DNA of 64,000 nt from an uncultured Gemmatimonadales bacterium. Its GTDB lineage: Bacteria; Gemmatimonadota; Gemmatimonadetes; Gemmatimonadales; GWC2-71-9. The notes under the pieces were generated by a model. That model saw only the letters and a program-made list of their open reading frames with translations. It was not told the DNA's origin and made no database searches. Every line of letters starts with the position of its first letter. The stretch's first letter is position 1. A program made the position numbers and the translations under genes. Positions 38,471 to 47,715 of this stretch are shown in pieces. The DNA lies in the NCBI GenBank assembly GCA_963779755.1, contig CAVZZO010000003.1, positions 1,728,001 through 1,792,000 of the forward strand. Direction: 5' to 3'.

Positions 38471-38616
38471 GATCTCACACCGGACCCATCCTTCAAGTCA
38501 CCGGACTGCCCGCCCACCCCAGGACAACAGCAACGGATCACCCGGAGAAACCCGGGTGACCCGTCCAGAGGTGAAGCAATCCAGATATCCGGGGATTGCT
38601 CCGGCAGAGCTCTGTT

Positions 38617-39342
38617 TTACATCTTCTTCGGCGGCAACAGCACCGCGTCAATCACGTGAATGATGCCGTTACTGGCCGGCACGTCGGCGGCGATCACGTT
38701 GGCGGACTTGTCGCCCACATGGACCTTGTCACCCGCCAGGTGAATCCGCAGATCACTCCCCTGCACCGTCTTGAGCGTCACGTACCCGTCCTTGTCTGCC
38801 CGGGTCTTGAGGTCGGCGGCGGTGAGGCGGCCGGCCACTACATGATAGGTCAGCACTGAAGTCAGCGCGGCCTTGTCCTGGAGCAGCCCGGCCAGAGTGC
38901 CTTCCGGCAGCTTCGCAAAGGCGGAGTCGGTCGGCGCAAAAACGGTGAACGGTCCGGCGCTGTTAAGCGTCTCCACCAGGCCGGCCGCGGTCACCGCGGT
39001 CACCAGCGTATTGAACTGGCCCGCCCCCACCGCGGTCTCTACGATCGTTCCGGGCGGCGCCATGTCCGGCATCTGCGCCTGCGCCGGCGTCACTGCAACC
39101 AGCGCCAGCAGGGCCGCGGCTGCCATCGCTGGGGCGCGTCTCATCCAGCGCTGCTGAATCGCCTTCCACTGGAACACCTGCCAGACCGCCGAAACACCCA
39201 CCAGCAGATACACGACCCGGCTCAGGGCGCTGCCGGTGCCGAAGAGCGCGCCCACCACATCAGGCCCGCCCGCCCCGATCAGCCCCCAGTTCAGACCGCC
39301 AATCACTAACAGCACGGCGGCCAGGATATCGAGCTTCTTCAT
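38617..39342 (-). CDS. DUF378 membrane domain fused to fasciclin (FAS1) domain
   Basis: [13 protein letters not shown]...VYLLVG (DUF378); [32 protein letters not shown] (FAS1). Confidence 0.88.
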   Translation of the reverse strand: MKKLDILAAVLLVIGGLNWGLIGAGGPDVVGALFGTGSALSRVVYLLVGVSAVWQVFQWKAIQQRWMRRAPAMAAAALLALVAVTPAQAQMPDMAPPGTIVETAVGAGQFNTLVTAVTAAGLVETLNSAGPFTVFAPTDSAFAKLPEGTLAGLLQDKAALTSVLTYHVVAGRLTAADLKTRADKDGYVTLKTVQGSDLRIHLAGDKVHVGDKSANVIAADVPASNGIIHVIDAVLLPPKKM

Positions 39343-39372
39343 GATTACAGCCCCCTTTTTGTGGTAAACGTT

Positions 39373-39470
39373 CGTCTAGCTCCTGTCCAAGAAACTAAGC
39401 CGAGTAGCTGGTAATGTCAAGCATTTGTTTAACTATTTAGCTTGACATGAGTTAGACGGCAGCGTATTAT
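39373..39470. promoter_or_regulatory. Divergent sigma70 promoters with CarH-type 11-bp-spaced operator repeats
   Basis: Plus strand TTGACA(39442)-N17-TATTAT(39465); minus strand TTGACA(39420)-N17-TAGTTT; TnnAC(A/G) pairs 11 bp apart. Confidence 0.75.
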
Positions 39471-39477
39471 TGCCACC

Positions 39478-40422
39478 ATGAACGACATGCCAACATCCGA
39501 CCGTCTGTTGCCCCGGCATCCCGTCCGCGTGGTGGCCAACCGCAGCGGCCTCTCACCCCACGTGCTCCGGGCCTGGGAGCGGCGCTATGGCGTGGTCGTG
39601 CCGACCCGCAGCGAGGGAGGGCAGCGGCTCTATAGTGATGAGGACCTCGAGCGGCTCACCCTGCTCCACGGCCTCACCGCCGACGGCGCCGCCATCAGCC
39701 AGGTGGCCCGACTCCCCCTGGCCGAGCTGCGCCGGCTGGCCCTGGCGCGCCCGGCCCATGAGGCCGCGACCGATGGCGAGGACCTGGCCGCGGCGCGCAC
39801 GGCTGCGCTTGAAGCGGCGCAGGCACTCGACGCCGCCCGGCTCCGGCGCATGCTGGAGCGGGGCGCCGTCGTGCTGGGAGTCCCCACGTTGCTGGAAGAG
39901 GTGGTGGGTCCGCTGCTGGTGCAGATCGGTGAGCTGTGGCATGCCGGCCGGATGACCATCGCCCAGGAGCACTTCGCAACCGCGGTGGTGCGCCGGATGC
40001 TGGGCTGGATCTTCGAAATGGCCCAACCCGACACCTCGGCACCGGTGCTGCTATCGGCGACGCCCGAGGGCCAGATCCACGAGGGTGGAGCCCTGCTCGC
40101 CGCCGCCACGGCGGCCGGAGCGGGGTGGCGGGTGATCTACCTGGGCGCCGCGCTCCCCGCCGCCGAAATCGCCCGGGCCGCGGCAGGCACCGCGGCGCGG
40201 GTGGTGGCGCTGAGTCTGGTCTATCCTGCTGCTCTCCCGGAGACCGCCCGGGAGATTCGTGCCTTGCGTGCGGCCCTCCCCGCCGGCACCATCCTGCTGG
40301 TGGGCGGCAGCGCCGCCCCCGGGTATGCCGAAGAGATCGCGGAAGCCGGGGGGCAGGTCATCGCCGACCTGCCCGGCCTGCGCGCCGCGCTGCATACGCT
40401 GCGGAATGGCGCGCGGCCGTGA
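39478..40422 (+). CDS. CarH/LitR-like MerR regulator with cobalamin-binding domain
   Basis: LRAWERRYG..PTRSEGGQRLYS; W-x8-EH spacing in LWHAGRMTIAQEH; QIHEGG; YLG; VALS; VGG. Confidence 0.88.
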   Translation: MNDMPTSDRLLPRHPVRVVANRSGLSPHVLRAWERRYGVVVPTRSEGGQRLYSDEDLERLTLLHGLTADGAAISQVARLPLAELRRLALARPAHEAATDGEDLAAARTAALEAAQALDAARLRRMLERGAVVLGVPTLLEEVVGPLLVQIGELWHAGRMTIAQEHFATAVVRRMLGWIFEMAQPDTSAPVLLSATPEGQIHEGGALLAAATAAGAGWRVIYLGAALPAAEIARAAAGTAARVVALSLVYPAALPETAREIRALRAALPAGTILLVGGSAAPGYAEEIAEAGGQVIADLPGLRAALHTLRNGARP

Positions 40423-41885
40423 CCACTTCCCGCCTGGTCCTGCTCACCGGTGCCACCGGTTACGTGGGCGGCCGGCTGCGCGCCGCACTCGAAACGCAGG
40501 GGCGCCCGCTCCGGTGCATGACCCGCCGTCCGGAACACCTGCGCCCCAGGGTGGCAGCGGCTACCGAGGTGGTGGCCGGCGATGTCCTGAACCCCTCCTC
40601 GTTGCCGGCCGCCCTGGCGGGGGTGGATACGGCGTACTACCTGGTCCACTCGATGGAGACGGCCGGCTCGTTCAGCGAGGCCGACCGCGCCGGCGCTCGC
40701 AACTTCGCGCAGGCCGCCCGCAACGCCGGCGTGCGGCGCGTGATCTATCTGGGAGGACTGGGCCGGGGCGAGGCGCTCTCCACTCACCTGGACAGCCGGC
40801 AGGAGGTGGGCCGCATTCTGCGGGACGAGGGCGTGGACACGATCGAGCTGCGCGCCTCGATCATCATCGGCTCCGGGAGCGTCTCGTTCGAGATGATCCG
40901 CGCGCTGGTGGAGACGCTGCCGGTCATGGTGACGCCCCGCTGGGTGGGGACCCTCACCCAGCCCATCGCGATCGAAGACGTGATCGCCTATCTGATCGAG
41001 GCGCTGGGTCTGGAGCGCGCCGGGAGCACCATCTTCGAGATCGGGGGCCCCGACCGGGTGTCCTACGGCGGCCTGATGCGGGAGTACGCCCGGCAGCGGG
41101 GGCTCACCCGGTACTTCATTCCCGTCCCCGTGTTGACCCCGCGCCTCTCCAGCCTCTGGCTCCGGCTGGTAACGCCGCTCTACGCCCGGGTGGGTCGCGC
41201 GCTGATCGAGGGGCTGCGCAACGAGACGGTGGTGCACGACGAGGCCGGGCTGCGCACCTTCAGTATCACGCCGCTGGGGATGGCCGCCGCCGTCGCCCGG
41301 GCCTTGGTGAACGAGGACCAGGCCTTCGCCGCCACCCGCTGGTCGGATGCGTGGCCGGCAGCCGGCTTCCGCCGTGGCTGGGGCGGCGTGCGCTTCGGCA
41401 CCCGGCTGGTGGATTCCCGGTGTGCCGCCGTGGCGTGCGATCCCGCCGCTGCCTTTGCGCCGGTCCGGCGGATCGGCGGCGACACCGGCTGGTATAACGC
41501 CGGCTTTCTCTGGCGACTGCGCGGCTGGCTCGACCTGCTGGTGGGCGGTCCCGGCATGCGCCGCGGCCGGCGCGATCCGGAGCACCTGCAGCCCGGCGAC
41601 ACCCTGGACTTCTGGCGGGTGGAGACCTGCGAACCCGACCGGCTGCTAAGGCTCGCCGCCGAGATGCGGCTGCCGGGCCGGGCGTGGCTGCAGTTCGAGG
41701 TGAGCCCGAACGGCCGGGGCAGTACCATCCGCCAGACCGCCATCTTCGATCCCGCCGGGCTGGCGGGGCAGCTCTACTGGTACGGGCTCTGGCCGCTGCA
41801 CCAGCTGGTGTTCGGGGGAATGCTGAAGGCGGTGGCCCGGGAGGCGATGGCTCAGGCCGTTCCCGCCGCCGGATCCTGCCGGTAG
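40419..41885 (+). CDS. SDR/NAD(P)-binding protein with DUF2867 (YbjT-like)
   Basis: LTGATGYVGG; YYLVHSM; LRLAAEMRLPGRAWL; YWYGLWPLH; GTGA overlap. Confidence 0.9.
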   Translation: MTTSRLVLLTGATGYVGGRLRAALETQGRPLRCMTRRPEHLRPRVAAATEVVAGDVLNPSSLPAALAGVDTAYYLVHSMETAGSFSEADRAGARNFAQAARNAGVRRVIYLGGLGRGEALSTHLDSRQEVGRILRDEGVDTIELRASIIIGSGSVSFEMIRALVETLPVMVTPRWVGTLTQPIAIEDVIAYLIEALGLERAGSTIFEIGGPDRVSYGGLMREYARQRGLTRYFIPVPVLTPRLSSLWLRLVTPLYARVGRALIEGLRNETVVHDEAGLRTFSITPLGMAAAVARALVNEDQAFAATRWSDAWPAAGFRRGWGGVRFGTRLVDSRCAAVACDPAAAFAPVRRIGGDTGWYNAGFLWRLRGWLDLLVGGPGMRRGRRDPEHLQPGDTLDFWRVETCEPDRLLRLAAEMRLPGRAWLQFEVSPNGRGSTIRQTAIFDPAGLAGQLYWYGLWPLHQLVFGGMLKAVAREAMAQAVPAAGSCR

Positions 41886-42703
41886 ATCCCACGCAACTGG
41901 CGGTACAGTTCCTCGTACTCCGCTTTCAGCTCCTTCGGCCGTTCGAAGAACGCCTCGGTGGCCACCGCGAAGAACTCCGAGGGGTTGGTGGCGCCATACG
42001 GGTCGAGCACCGAGTCCGCATGGCCGGCCACCGCAATACAGTGCCGGTCATAACTCTCTCCCAGGATGCGCCGCCACTCCGGCCGGTCGGCCCCGCTTGA
42101 GGGCGCCAGCAGGCTTCCCTGCTCCGTCAGATGAAGCTGGAAGTTGATGAGATGGGCAAACTCGTGGATCACCACATTGTGCCCGTCGGAGGAATCTCCC
42201 CCTCCCAGCATGGCGGCATCCCAGGCGATCACCACGTTGCCGTTGTTCCATGCTTCGCCCAGTTCGCCCAGCGGCGGCTCCGGGACGCTGCCGCCGTGCC
42301 ACTTGCGGGGGTCGGGTGCGCGTTCCGCGAGGAACGCCGAAGGATAGACCAGCACCGTCCGCAGCCCCGGGTAGGCCTCGCCCGGCATCTCCAGGGTGAG
42401 CAGACACGCCTGAGTGGCGATAACCAGCTGCATATCCCGGGTGAGGGTGAGCCCGCCGGCGCCCGCCCAGTCGCACCCCGCCATCAGATCGCGCGCCGCC
42501 TGCAGCAGCCGTTCCCGCTGGCCGGCGGAGAGCGCCCGCACCGCGGCCACCTTCTCCCCCACACCGCTGATCCATGCCTGGGGCATCGGTTCGCGGTATT
42601 CGCGCACAGCTCGCCGGACCACCAACCGGCGGATCGGCGGGCCCAGGAGATACAGAGCGGCGCCGAAGAAGAGGGCGACGAGAAGGGCGAGGAACCAGGC
42701 CAT
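41852..42703 (-). CDS. MtfA-like zinc peptidase (M90)
   Basis: VLVYPSAF; GEAW; DGHNVVIHEFAH; DPYGATNPSEFFAVATEAFFE. Confidence 0.9.
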   Translation of the reverse strand: MAWFLALLVALFFGAALYLLGPPIRRLVVRRAVREYREPMPQAWISGVGEKVAAVRALSAGQRERLLQAARDLMAGCDWAGAGGLTLTRDMQLVIATQACLLTLEMPGEAYPGLRTVLVYPSAFLAERAPDPRKWHGGSVPEPPLGELGEAWNNGNVVIAWDAAMLGGGDSSDGHNVVIHEFAHLINFQLHLTEQGSLLAPSSGADRPEWRRILGESYDRHCIAVAGHADSVLDPYGATNPSEFFAVATEAFFERPKELKAEYEELYRQLRGIYRQDPAAGTA

Positions 42704-42770
42704 GGAGAGGAGCCGGGAGCCGGGAGTCGGGAGTGAAGGGTTTCAGTCCAGGGCCGGCAAGGACGCCGGC

Positions 42771-43070
42771 TCAGCGATACAGTATGCTCACGCTTTCGAT
42801 GTGTTCCGACAGATGGCGGTCCAGGTATCCGATGAACGACTGCAGCAACTGCCACTCCGACTCCTCCGGACTGACCACCTCGGCGACGAGAATGCCTCCG
42901 GGCACCGACTCCCACTTGATCGAGCCTTTGTAGGTCTTGTGCTGCCACCTGCCCGGTGCTTTCCGGAAGAAGGTCGTCCGGGACCCGCGCAGTTCTCTTT
43001 CCTTGGCATTGAGCAGGGACTTGAGTCGCCCTTCGATGTCCCGGCGAGGTACCACCTGCAAGATCTTCAT
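42771..43070 (-). CDS. Hypothetical protein
   Basis: RBS AAGGAG; MKILQVVP...EWQLLQSFIGYLDRH...SILYR, protein-like composition. Confidence 0.7.
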   Translation of the reverse strand: MKILQVVPRRDIEGRLKSLLNAKERELRGSRTTFFRKAPGRWQHKTYKGSIKWESVPGGILVAEVVSPEESEWQLLQSFIGYLDRHLSEHIESVSILYR

Positions 43071-43256
43071 TCGGAAGCTCCTTTGCAGTACGGGTGACCC
43101 GGGTATTCCGGCGGCGGCATGGGATTGCTCAAGTCTTTCACGGAAATCCTGTTGCGCAAGCACCTTTCGGGTCATATTCGGCATGCGGTGGAGCCTCTGA
43201 TCCGGTGCTCGGGCCGTTCCGTTTCTATTATCATTAGCCCCAACCCCCGGCCATCC

Positions 43257-44078
43257 ATGCCTGCTGATCAAGCCACCAGGGCGCTGCGCTTCCAGGCGCT
43301 CCATGCCCGCCCCGCCGCGTTCATCATCCCCAACCCCTGGGACGCCGGGTCGGCCCGGATTCTCCAGTCCCTGGGATTCGAAGCGCTCACCACCACCAGC
43401 GCCGGAGCGGCCTTCGCGCTGGGAAAGCGGGACGGGGAGATGACCCGGGCCGAAGCACTGGCCAACGCGAAGATGATCGTAGACGCCACCGACCTGCCGG
43501 TCGCGGCCGACCTGGAAAACGGCTACGGCGATACGCCCGGCGACGCGGCCGATACGATCCGCCGGGCGGCCCAGGCCGGGCTGGTGGGAGGGTCGATCGA
43601 GGACTTCAGCCGCGACCGGGCCCGGCCGATCTATGATCTCCAGCATGCCACGGAGCGCATCGCCGCCGCCGCCGAGGCGGCGCACGCGTTGCCTTTCCCC
43701 TTCATGCTGGTGGGGCGGGCGGAGAACTTCCTGCACGGCCGGCCCGATCTGGACGACACTATCCGGCGGCTCCAGGCGTACGAAGCCGCCGGCGCCGACG
43801 CGCTCTTCGCTCCCGGCCTCACTACGGAAGCACAGATTCGTACGGTCTGTGCGTCGGTGACCAGGCCGGTGAACGTGGTCATGGGCCTGCGCGGCTCGCC
43901 CCTCTCGGTTGCCCGGCTCGCCGAGCTGGGCGTGCGGCGGATCAGCCTGGGCTCGACCCTGGCCCGAGCGGCCCTCGGCGCCCTCATTGGTGCGGGGCGT
44001 GAAATGATGGACGAGGGAACGTTCACCTTTGCCGAAGCGGCGCTGCCATTCGCTGAGGCGAGCGCGCTCATGGCCTGA
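43257..44078 (+). CDS. Isocitrate lyase/PEP mutase family protein
   Basis: PNPWDAGSA; TTSAG; ADLENGYG; SIED; AYEAAGADALFAPG. Confidence 0.92.
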   Translation: MPADQATRALRFQALHARPAAFIIPNPWDAGSARILQSLGFEALTTTSAGAAFALGKRDGEMTRAEALANAKMIVDATDLPVAADLENGYGDTPGDAADTIRRAAQAGLVGGSIEDFSRDRARPIYDLQHATERIAAAAEAAHALPFPFMLVGRAENFLHGRPDLDDTIRRLQAYEAAGADALFAPGLTTEAQIRTVCASVTRPVNVVMGLRGSPLSVARLAELGVRRISLGSTLARAALGALIGAGREMMDEGTFTFAEAALPFAEASALMA

Positions 44079-44145
44079 GGCGCGAATTGTTCGCCTGCGC
44101 GAGGGGCATTATGCTCCACCCGACTTGCCCCTGCGAACGAACACC

Positions 44146-46167
44146 GTGAATCCCTCTGCCCTGCGCTCCTCCCGCATCTGGCTTCCGGCCGCCCTGGCCC
44201 AATTCATCGTCGCTATCCCCGCCCTGGGGCAGTCCTCTGCCCCGTACCCGTTGGGCGAAATCGTCGTCTCGGCCGAGCGCCCGGTGTCGGAAGCGGCCAG
44301 CACGGTGCGGACCATCAGCCAGGCTGAGATCGAGGCGCTGGGTGCCCGCAACCTGGACGAGGCGCTGCGGCTGGTGCCCGGCCTGATCGTCCGCCACGGC
44401 GCCGACGGCACGCCGAGGGTGGACATGCGCGGGTTCCGCACCCGGCAGGTCACCCTGCTCCTCAACGGGATCCCGTTCAACGCCACGGACGACGGACAGT
44501 TCGACCCCGGCCTCATCCCGGTGGAAGAGATCGCGGCCATCAAGGTGACGGGCGGCACCGGATCGGTCCTTTACGGCCAGGGCGGGCTGGGTGGAGTGAT
44601 CAACGTGATCACTCCCGGGGGTGGCGGCCCTTCCCACGCCTCGCTCCGCGCGGAGGCGCGCCAGACGGGCAGCCAACTGGCCCGGGGAACCGTGTCCACC
44701 GGCCATGGCCGGCTGTCGTTCTTCGCCTCGGGCAGCGTGCTGCACTCGAACCTCTATCCTTCCTGGAACGCCTCGCCCACACTCGAACCGGTGTCGCCGG
44801 TCCGACGGATCAACAGCGACCGCGAGCGTACCAACGGCTTCCTCCAGGCCGGCTACGAGCTGGGGCATCGCGGCAGGCTCGGGCTCACGCTCAACTCGGT
44901 TACCGGCTATCAGGGAAAGCCGCCCAGCATCGTTGACGATCCCGCCGACCCGTTTGCCAACCGGGTGGTGTATGATCGGATCGGTCGTCTGACGGGATTT
45001 GCCGCCCAGGTGGGCGGGAGCTATGACTTCTCCCCCGGCTGGGGCGTCCGCGCCTGGGCCTTCCGCAATCTCCAGCGCGACACCACGACCCGCTACGCTG
45101 ATGCAACCCTGGACCCGGCCACGGTCCTCGCCGCCGCGGGCACCTCCCGCGATTTTACCCGCACCGTGCTCGCCGGCGGCGGCGCCCAGATCCGTCTGGG
45201 CATCGTTCCCCTGGGCCGCCTCACCCTCGGGCTCAACGCCGAACACGACGGCTGGCAACAGGAATCGCAGGCTGCGACCAGCGGCGGGGGCGGGGGCGGC
45301 GGTGGTGGTGGTGGGAGCGGCTCCGTCACCATTCAGAACACCGCCACCAGCGAGACGCTGGCCCATTACGGAGTGGCGCTGGAGTATCAGATACATCCCG
45401 TCCCGCGACTCGGTCTGGTGGCCGGAGCGCTGCACGGCTGGCTGGCGAGCGGCGGCGTCCGCCAGGAGGCGAACGGGTACTCGCTGGGGGCGGCGTATCA
45501 GCTCTCCCGCAACGATCGCCTCCGCGCCGATGTGGCTCACCGGTTTCGCTTTCCCACCCTGCGCCAGCTGTACGACCGCTCCTTCGGCAATCCGGCGCTG
45601 CGTGCGGAGGAGGCCGGCCTGTACGAGCTGGGTGCGGAACACCGGGTGGGCCGGGCCGGCTTTCTGGGACTGACGCTGTTCCAGACCGATGCCCGTGACT
45701 TCATCGAGCGCCTCGGGAGCGGCGGCTACGCCAATGCGGAACGCTATCGCTTCCGCGGGGTGGAGCTGACGGGCACGATACAGCCGGTGCGGCGTGGTAT
45801 TCTACGAGTGAGCTACGCCTTTCTCGATGCCGACAACCAGTCCGCCGGGGCCGGCGGCGCGACCCTGCAATACCGGCCCCGCCACCGGGTCACCGCCCTG
45901 GCGCGATATTCCGCGCCTTGGGGTAGCGCCGCCGCCCTCGATCTGGAATACGTGGCGGGAGAGGTCTATCTCCCGAGGCGGGGCTCGTTCGCCGCGCGCA
46001 ATCTGCCGGACTTCGCCGTCGTGGGTATCCGGGTGGAGCAGCGGATCAGGCGCGTGCTCGGCATCTACGGCGGCGTGAATAATCTGCTGGATCAGGCCTA
46101 CGAAGAGGCCTACGGCTTCCCCGCGTCGCGGCGCACCGCCTATCTCGGGCTCGACGCCCGGATCTGA
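44146..46167 (+). CDS. TonB-dependent outer-membrane receptor
   Basis: TonB box EIVVSA; LVPGL; MRGF; LLNGIP; SVLYGQGGLGGVINVIT; FRFPTLRQLY; GVNNLLD. Confidence 0.9.
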   Translation: MNPSALRSSRIWLPAALAQFIVAIPALGQSSAPYPLGEIVVSAERPVSEAASTVRTISQAEIEALGARNLDEALRLVPGLIVRHGADGTPRVDMRGFRTRQVTLLLNGIPFNATDDGQFDPGLIPVEEIAAIKVTGGTGSVLYGQGGLGGVINVITPGGGGPSHASLRAEARQTGSQLARGTVSTGHGRLSFFASGSVLHSNLYPSWNASPTLEPVSPVRRINSDRERTNGFLQAGYELGHRGRLGLTLNSVTGYQGKPPSIVDDPADPFANRVVYDRIGRLTGFAAQVGGSYDFSPGWGVRAWAFRNLQRDTTTRYADATLDPATVLAAAGTSRDFTRTVLAGGGAQIRLGIVPLGRLTLGLNAEHDGWQQESQAATSGGGGGGGGGGGSGSVTIQNTATSETLAHYGVALEYQIHPVPRLGLVAGALHGWLASGGVRQEANGYSLGAAYQLSRNDRLRADVAHRFRFPTLRQLYDRSFGNPALRAEEAGLYELGAEHRVGRAGFLGLTLFQTDARDFIERLGSGGYANAERYRFRGVELTGTIQPVRRGILRVSYAFLDADNQSAGAGGATLQYRPRHRVTALARYSAPWGSAAALDLEYVAGEVYLPRRGSFAARNLPDFAVVGIRVEQRIRRVLGIYGGVNNLLDQAYEEAYGFPASRRTAYLGLDARI

Positions 46168-46181
46168 GCCCGTCTCTCCTG

Positions 46182-46805
46182 ATGCCTACCCGGCCTCCCC
46201 ACTCCCGCTCACTGGCGATTGACCCGCGGCTGCAGCAGGCGGCGCGGCTGCCTTCGCTGACCAAACATGCCGCGTCGCCGATCTCGCTGATCGAGGCCGC
46301 GATTCTCTTCCTGGCCGGGAGCGCCGCCTCCGCCCTGACCAACCTGCTCCGGCTCCATCTGGGAGTTCCGGGAAGCAGCATCGTGTACGCCGCCTTCCCG
46401 CTGGCGCTGGGGTTCGCCCTGGTGCCGCGTCGTGGAGCCGGATCGGTAATGACCGCCGCCGCCCTGCTGGCCAATGTGGCGTTTGCCCTGGCGGGCGCCC
46501 GGCTCGACGGTGTCGGCGCCCAGACCAGCCTGCTGCTCACCGGCCCGCTCCTCGATCTGGCGCTCCGCCGTTCCGCCGGCGGCTGGCGTCTCTATGCCGC
46601 GTTCATTGCCGCCTGCACCGGCAGTAACGCCGCGGCCTTCGTAGTGCGCGCCATGGCGCGGGCAGCGGGCCTGCACGGCACCGGTATGGGAGGTGGGACT
46701 CTCGCTACCTGGTGGCCCCACGCGATCTGGACCTATGCCGCGGCCGGCCTGCTGGCGGGGCTCATCAGCGTAGCGGCCTGGTTTCAGCTCCGGCCTGCCC
46801 GGTGA
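46182..46805 (+). CDS. Multi-pass membrane protein (possible substrate-capture/S-component-like)
   Basis: About 6 TM helices; LHLGVPGSS...LVPRRGAGSVM; follows receptor. Confidence 0.6.
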   Translation: MPTRPPHSRSLAIDPRLQQAARLPSLTKHAASPISLIEAAILFLAGSAASALTNLLRLHLGVPGSSIVYAAFPLALGFALVPRRGAGSVMTAAALLANVAFALAGARLDGVGAQTSLLLTGPLLDLALRRSAGGWRLYAAFIAACTGSNAAAFVVRAMARAAGLHGTGMGGGTLATWWPHAIWTYAAAGLLAGLISVAAWFQLRPAR

Positions 46806-47506
46806 TTTTTCTGGGCATTGACGACACCGACATGCCCGGTACGCCCGGCACCAACCAGCTGGCCCGCCGCCTCGCGGCGGTTCTCCCGGGCGGCTTCACC
46901 TGCAGCATGATTCTGCGGCACCAGCTGCTGGATGATCCGCGGGTGCCCTGTACCAGCAGGAACGGCTCCGCTTCGCTCGCGATCATGCACCAGACAGGAC
47001 GCGAACCCGATGAGCTGCTTCCCCTGGTCCGGGACACCATGCGGGAGTGGCTGGTGCCCGGGAGCGACCCGGGGTTCTGCCTGGGAACGGTGGTCCCCGC
47101 GATGGTGACCGCGTTCGGGCTCCGGTGCCAGCGGGAGCTGGTGACGCGGGAAGAGGCACGCGCGCTCGGCCGTGAAGCGGGACTGCGTCTGGAAGGCCTG
47201 GGCGGCACCGAAGGCGGTGTCATCGGCGCACTCGCCGCCGTGGGGCTCCTGGCGGGAGGAAACGATGGGCGGGTGGTACACCTGCCAGGATGGACCTGGC
47301 CGGACACTTTTGCGGGCTGGCAGCATTACGAGGATGTGAAGGAGCGGGGAGTGGAGGAGGTCCGTACCGGTGAAGGGGACACGACGGTATTCGCCGGCAT
47401 GATCCACATCGGCAAGCACCTGCGACCGAACTATCGCGACGGGCGGGTTGTGCTGTTCGTGGAGCCGGCGGGCGAAGGAAGGTGGCGGGCAGTCAGGAAA
47501 CTCTAG
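46802..47506 (+). CDS. TiaS-N/methanogenesis-marker-11-like protein (GIDDTD family)
   Basis: GIDDTD..GT; RHQLL.DPRVP.TS.N; SDPGFC; GGVIGALAAVGL; GTGA overlap. Confidence 0.7.
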   Translation: MIFLGIDDTDMPGTPGTNQLARRLAAVLPGGFTCSMILRHQLLDDPRVPCTSRNGSASLAIMHQTGREPDELLPLVRDTMREWLVPGSDPGFCLGTVVPAMVTAFGLRCQRELVTREEARALGREAGLRLEGLGGTEGGVIGALAAVGLLAGGNDGRVVHLPGWTWPDTFAGWQHYEDVKERGVEEVRTGEGDTTVFAGMIHIGKHLRPNYRDGRVVLFVEPAGEGRWRAVRKL

Positions 47507-47517
47507 ACCGAGCCGCT

Positions 47518-47548
47518 CACCACCCCGGCGCATGCCGGGGCGGTGGTG
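47518..47548. terminator. Hairpin after receptor operon
   Basis: CACCACCCCGGC-gcat-GCCGGGGcGGTGGTG. Confidence 0.5.
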
Positions 47549-47715
47549 TGTCGGAGTTTCTGCCACACTGTGGCGCAATCACACGCTTGCGCTGCCGCCG
47601 GGTGCGCCTCACTTTATTGACACTACTCTCACCCCGACCCAGGTCTGTTTGCGGCAGCCATGGCCCTTGAGCCCAGGCTGTCTGCCTGCAGGCTTTTCCC
47701 TTGGTGCCGAGAGCC

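Noticed and set aside
37696..38659. ORFs across the 98-bp array (e.g. LGAICVICG)
   Set aside because: Frame-rotating translations of the repeat with no RBS or family signal.
47617..47645. TTGACA upstream of the Ig lipoprotein
   Set aside because: No plausible -10 at 16-18 nt spacing.
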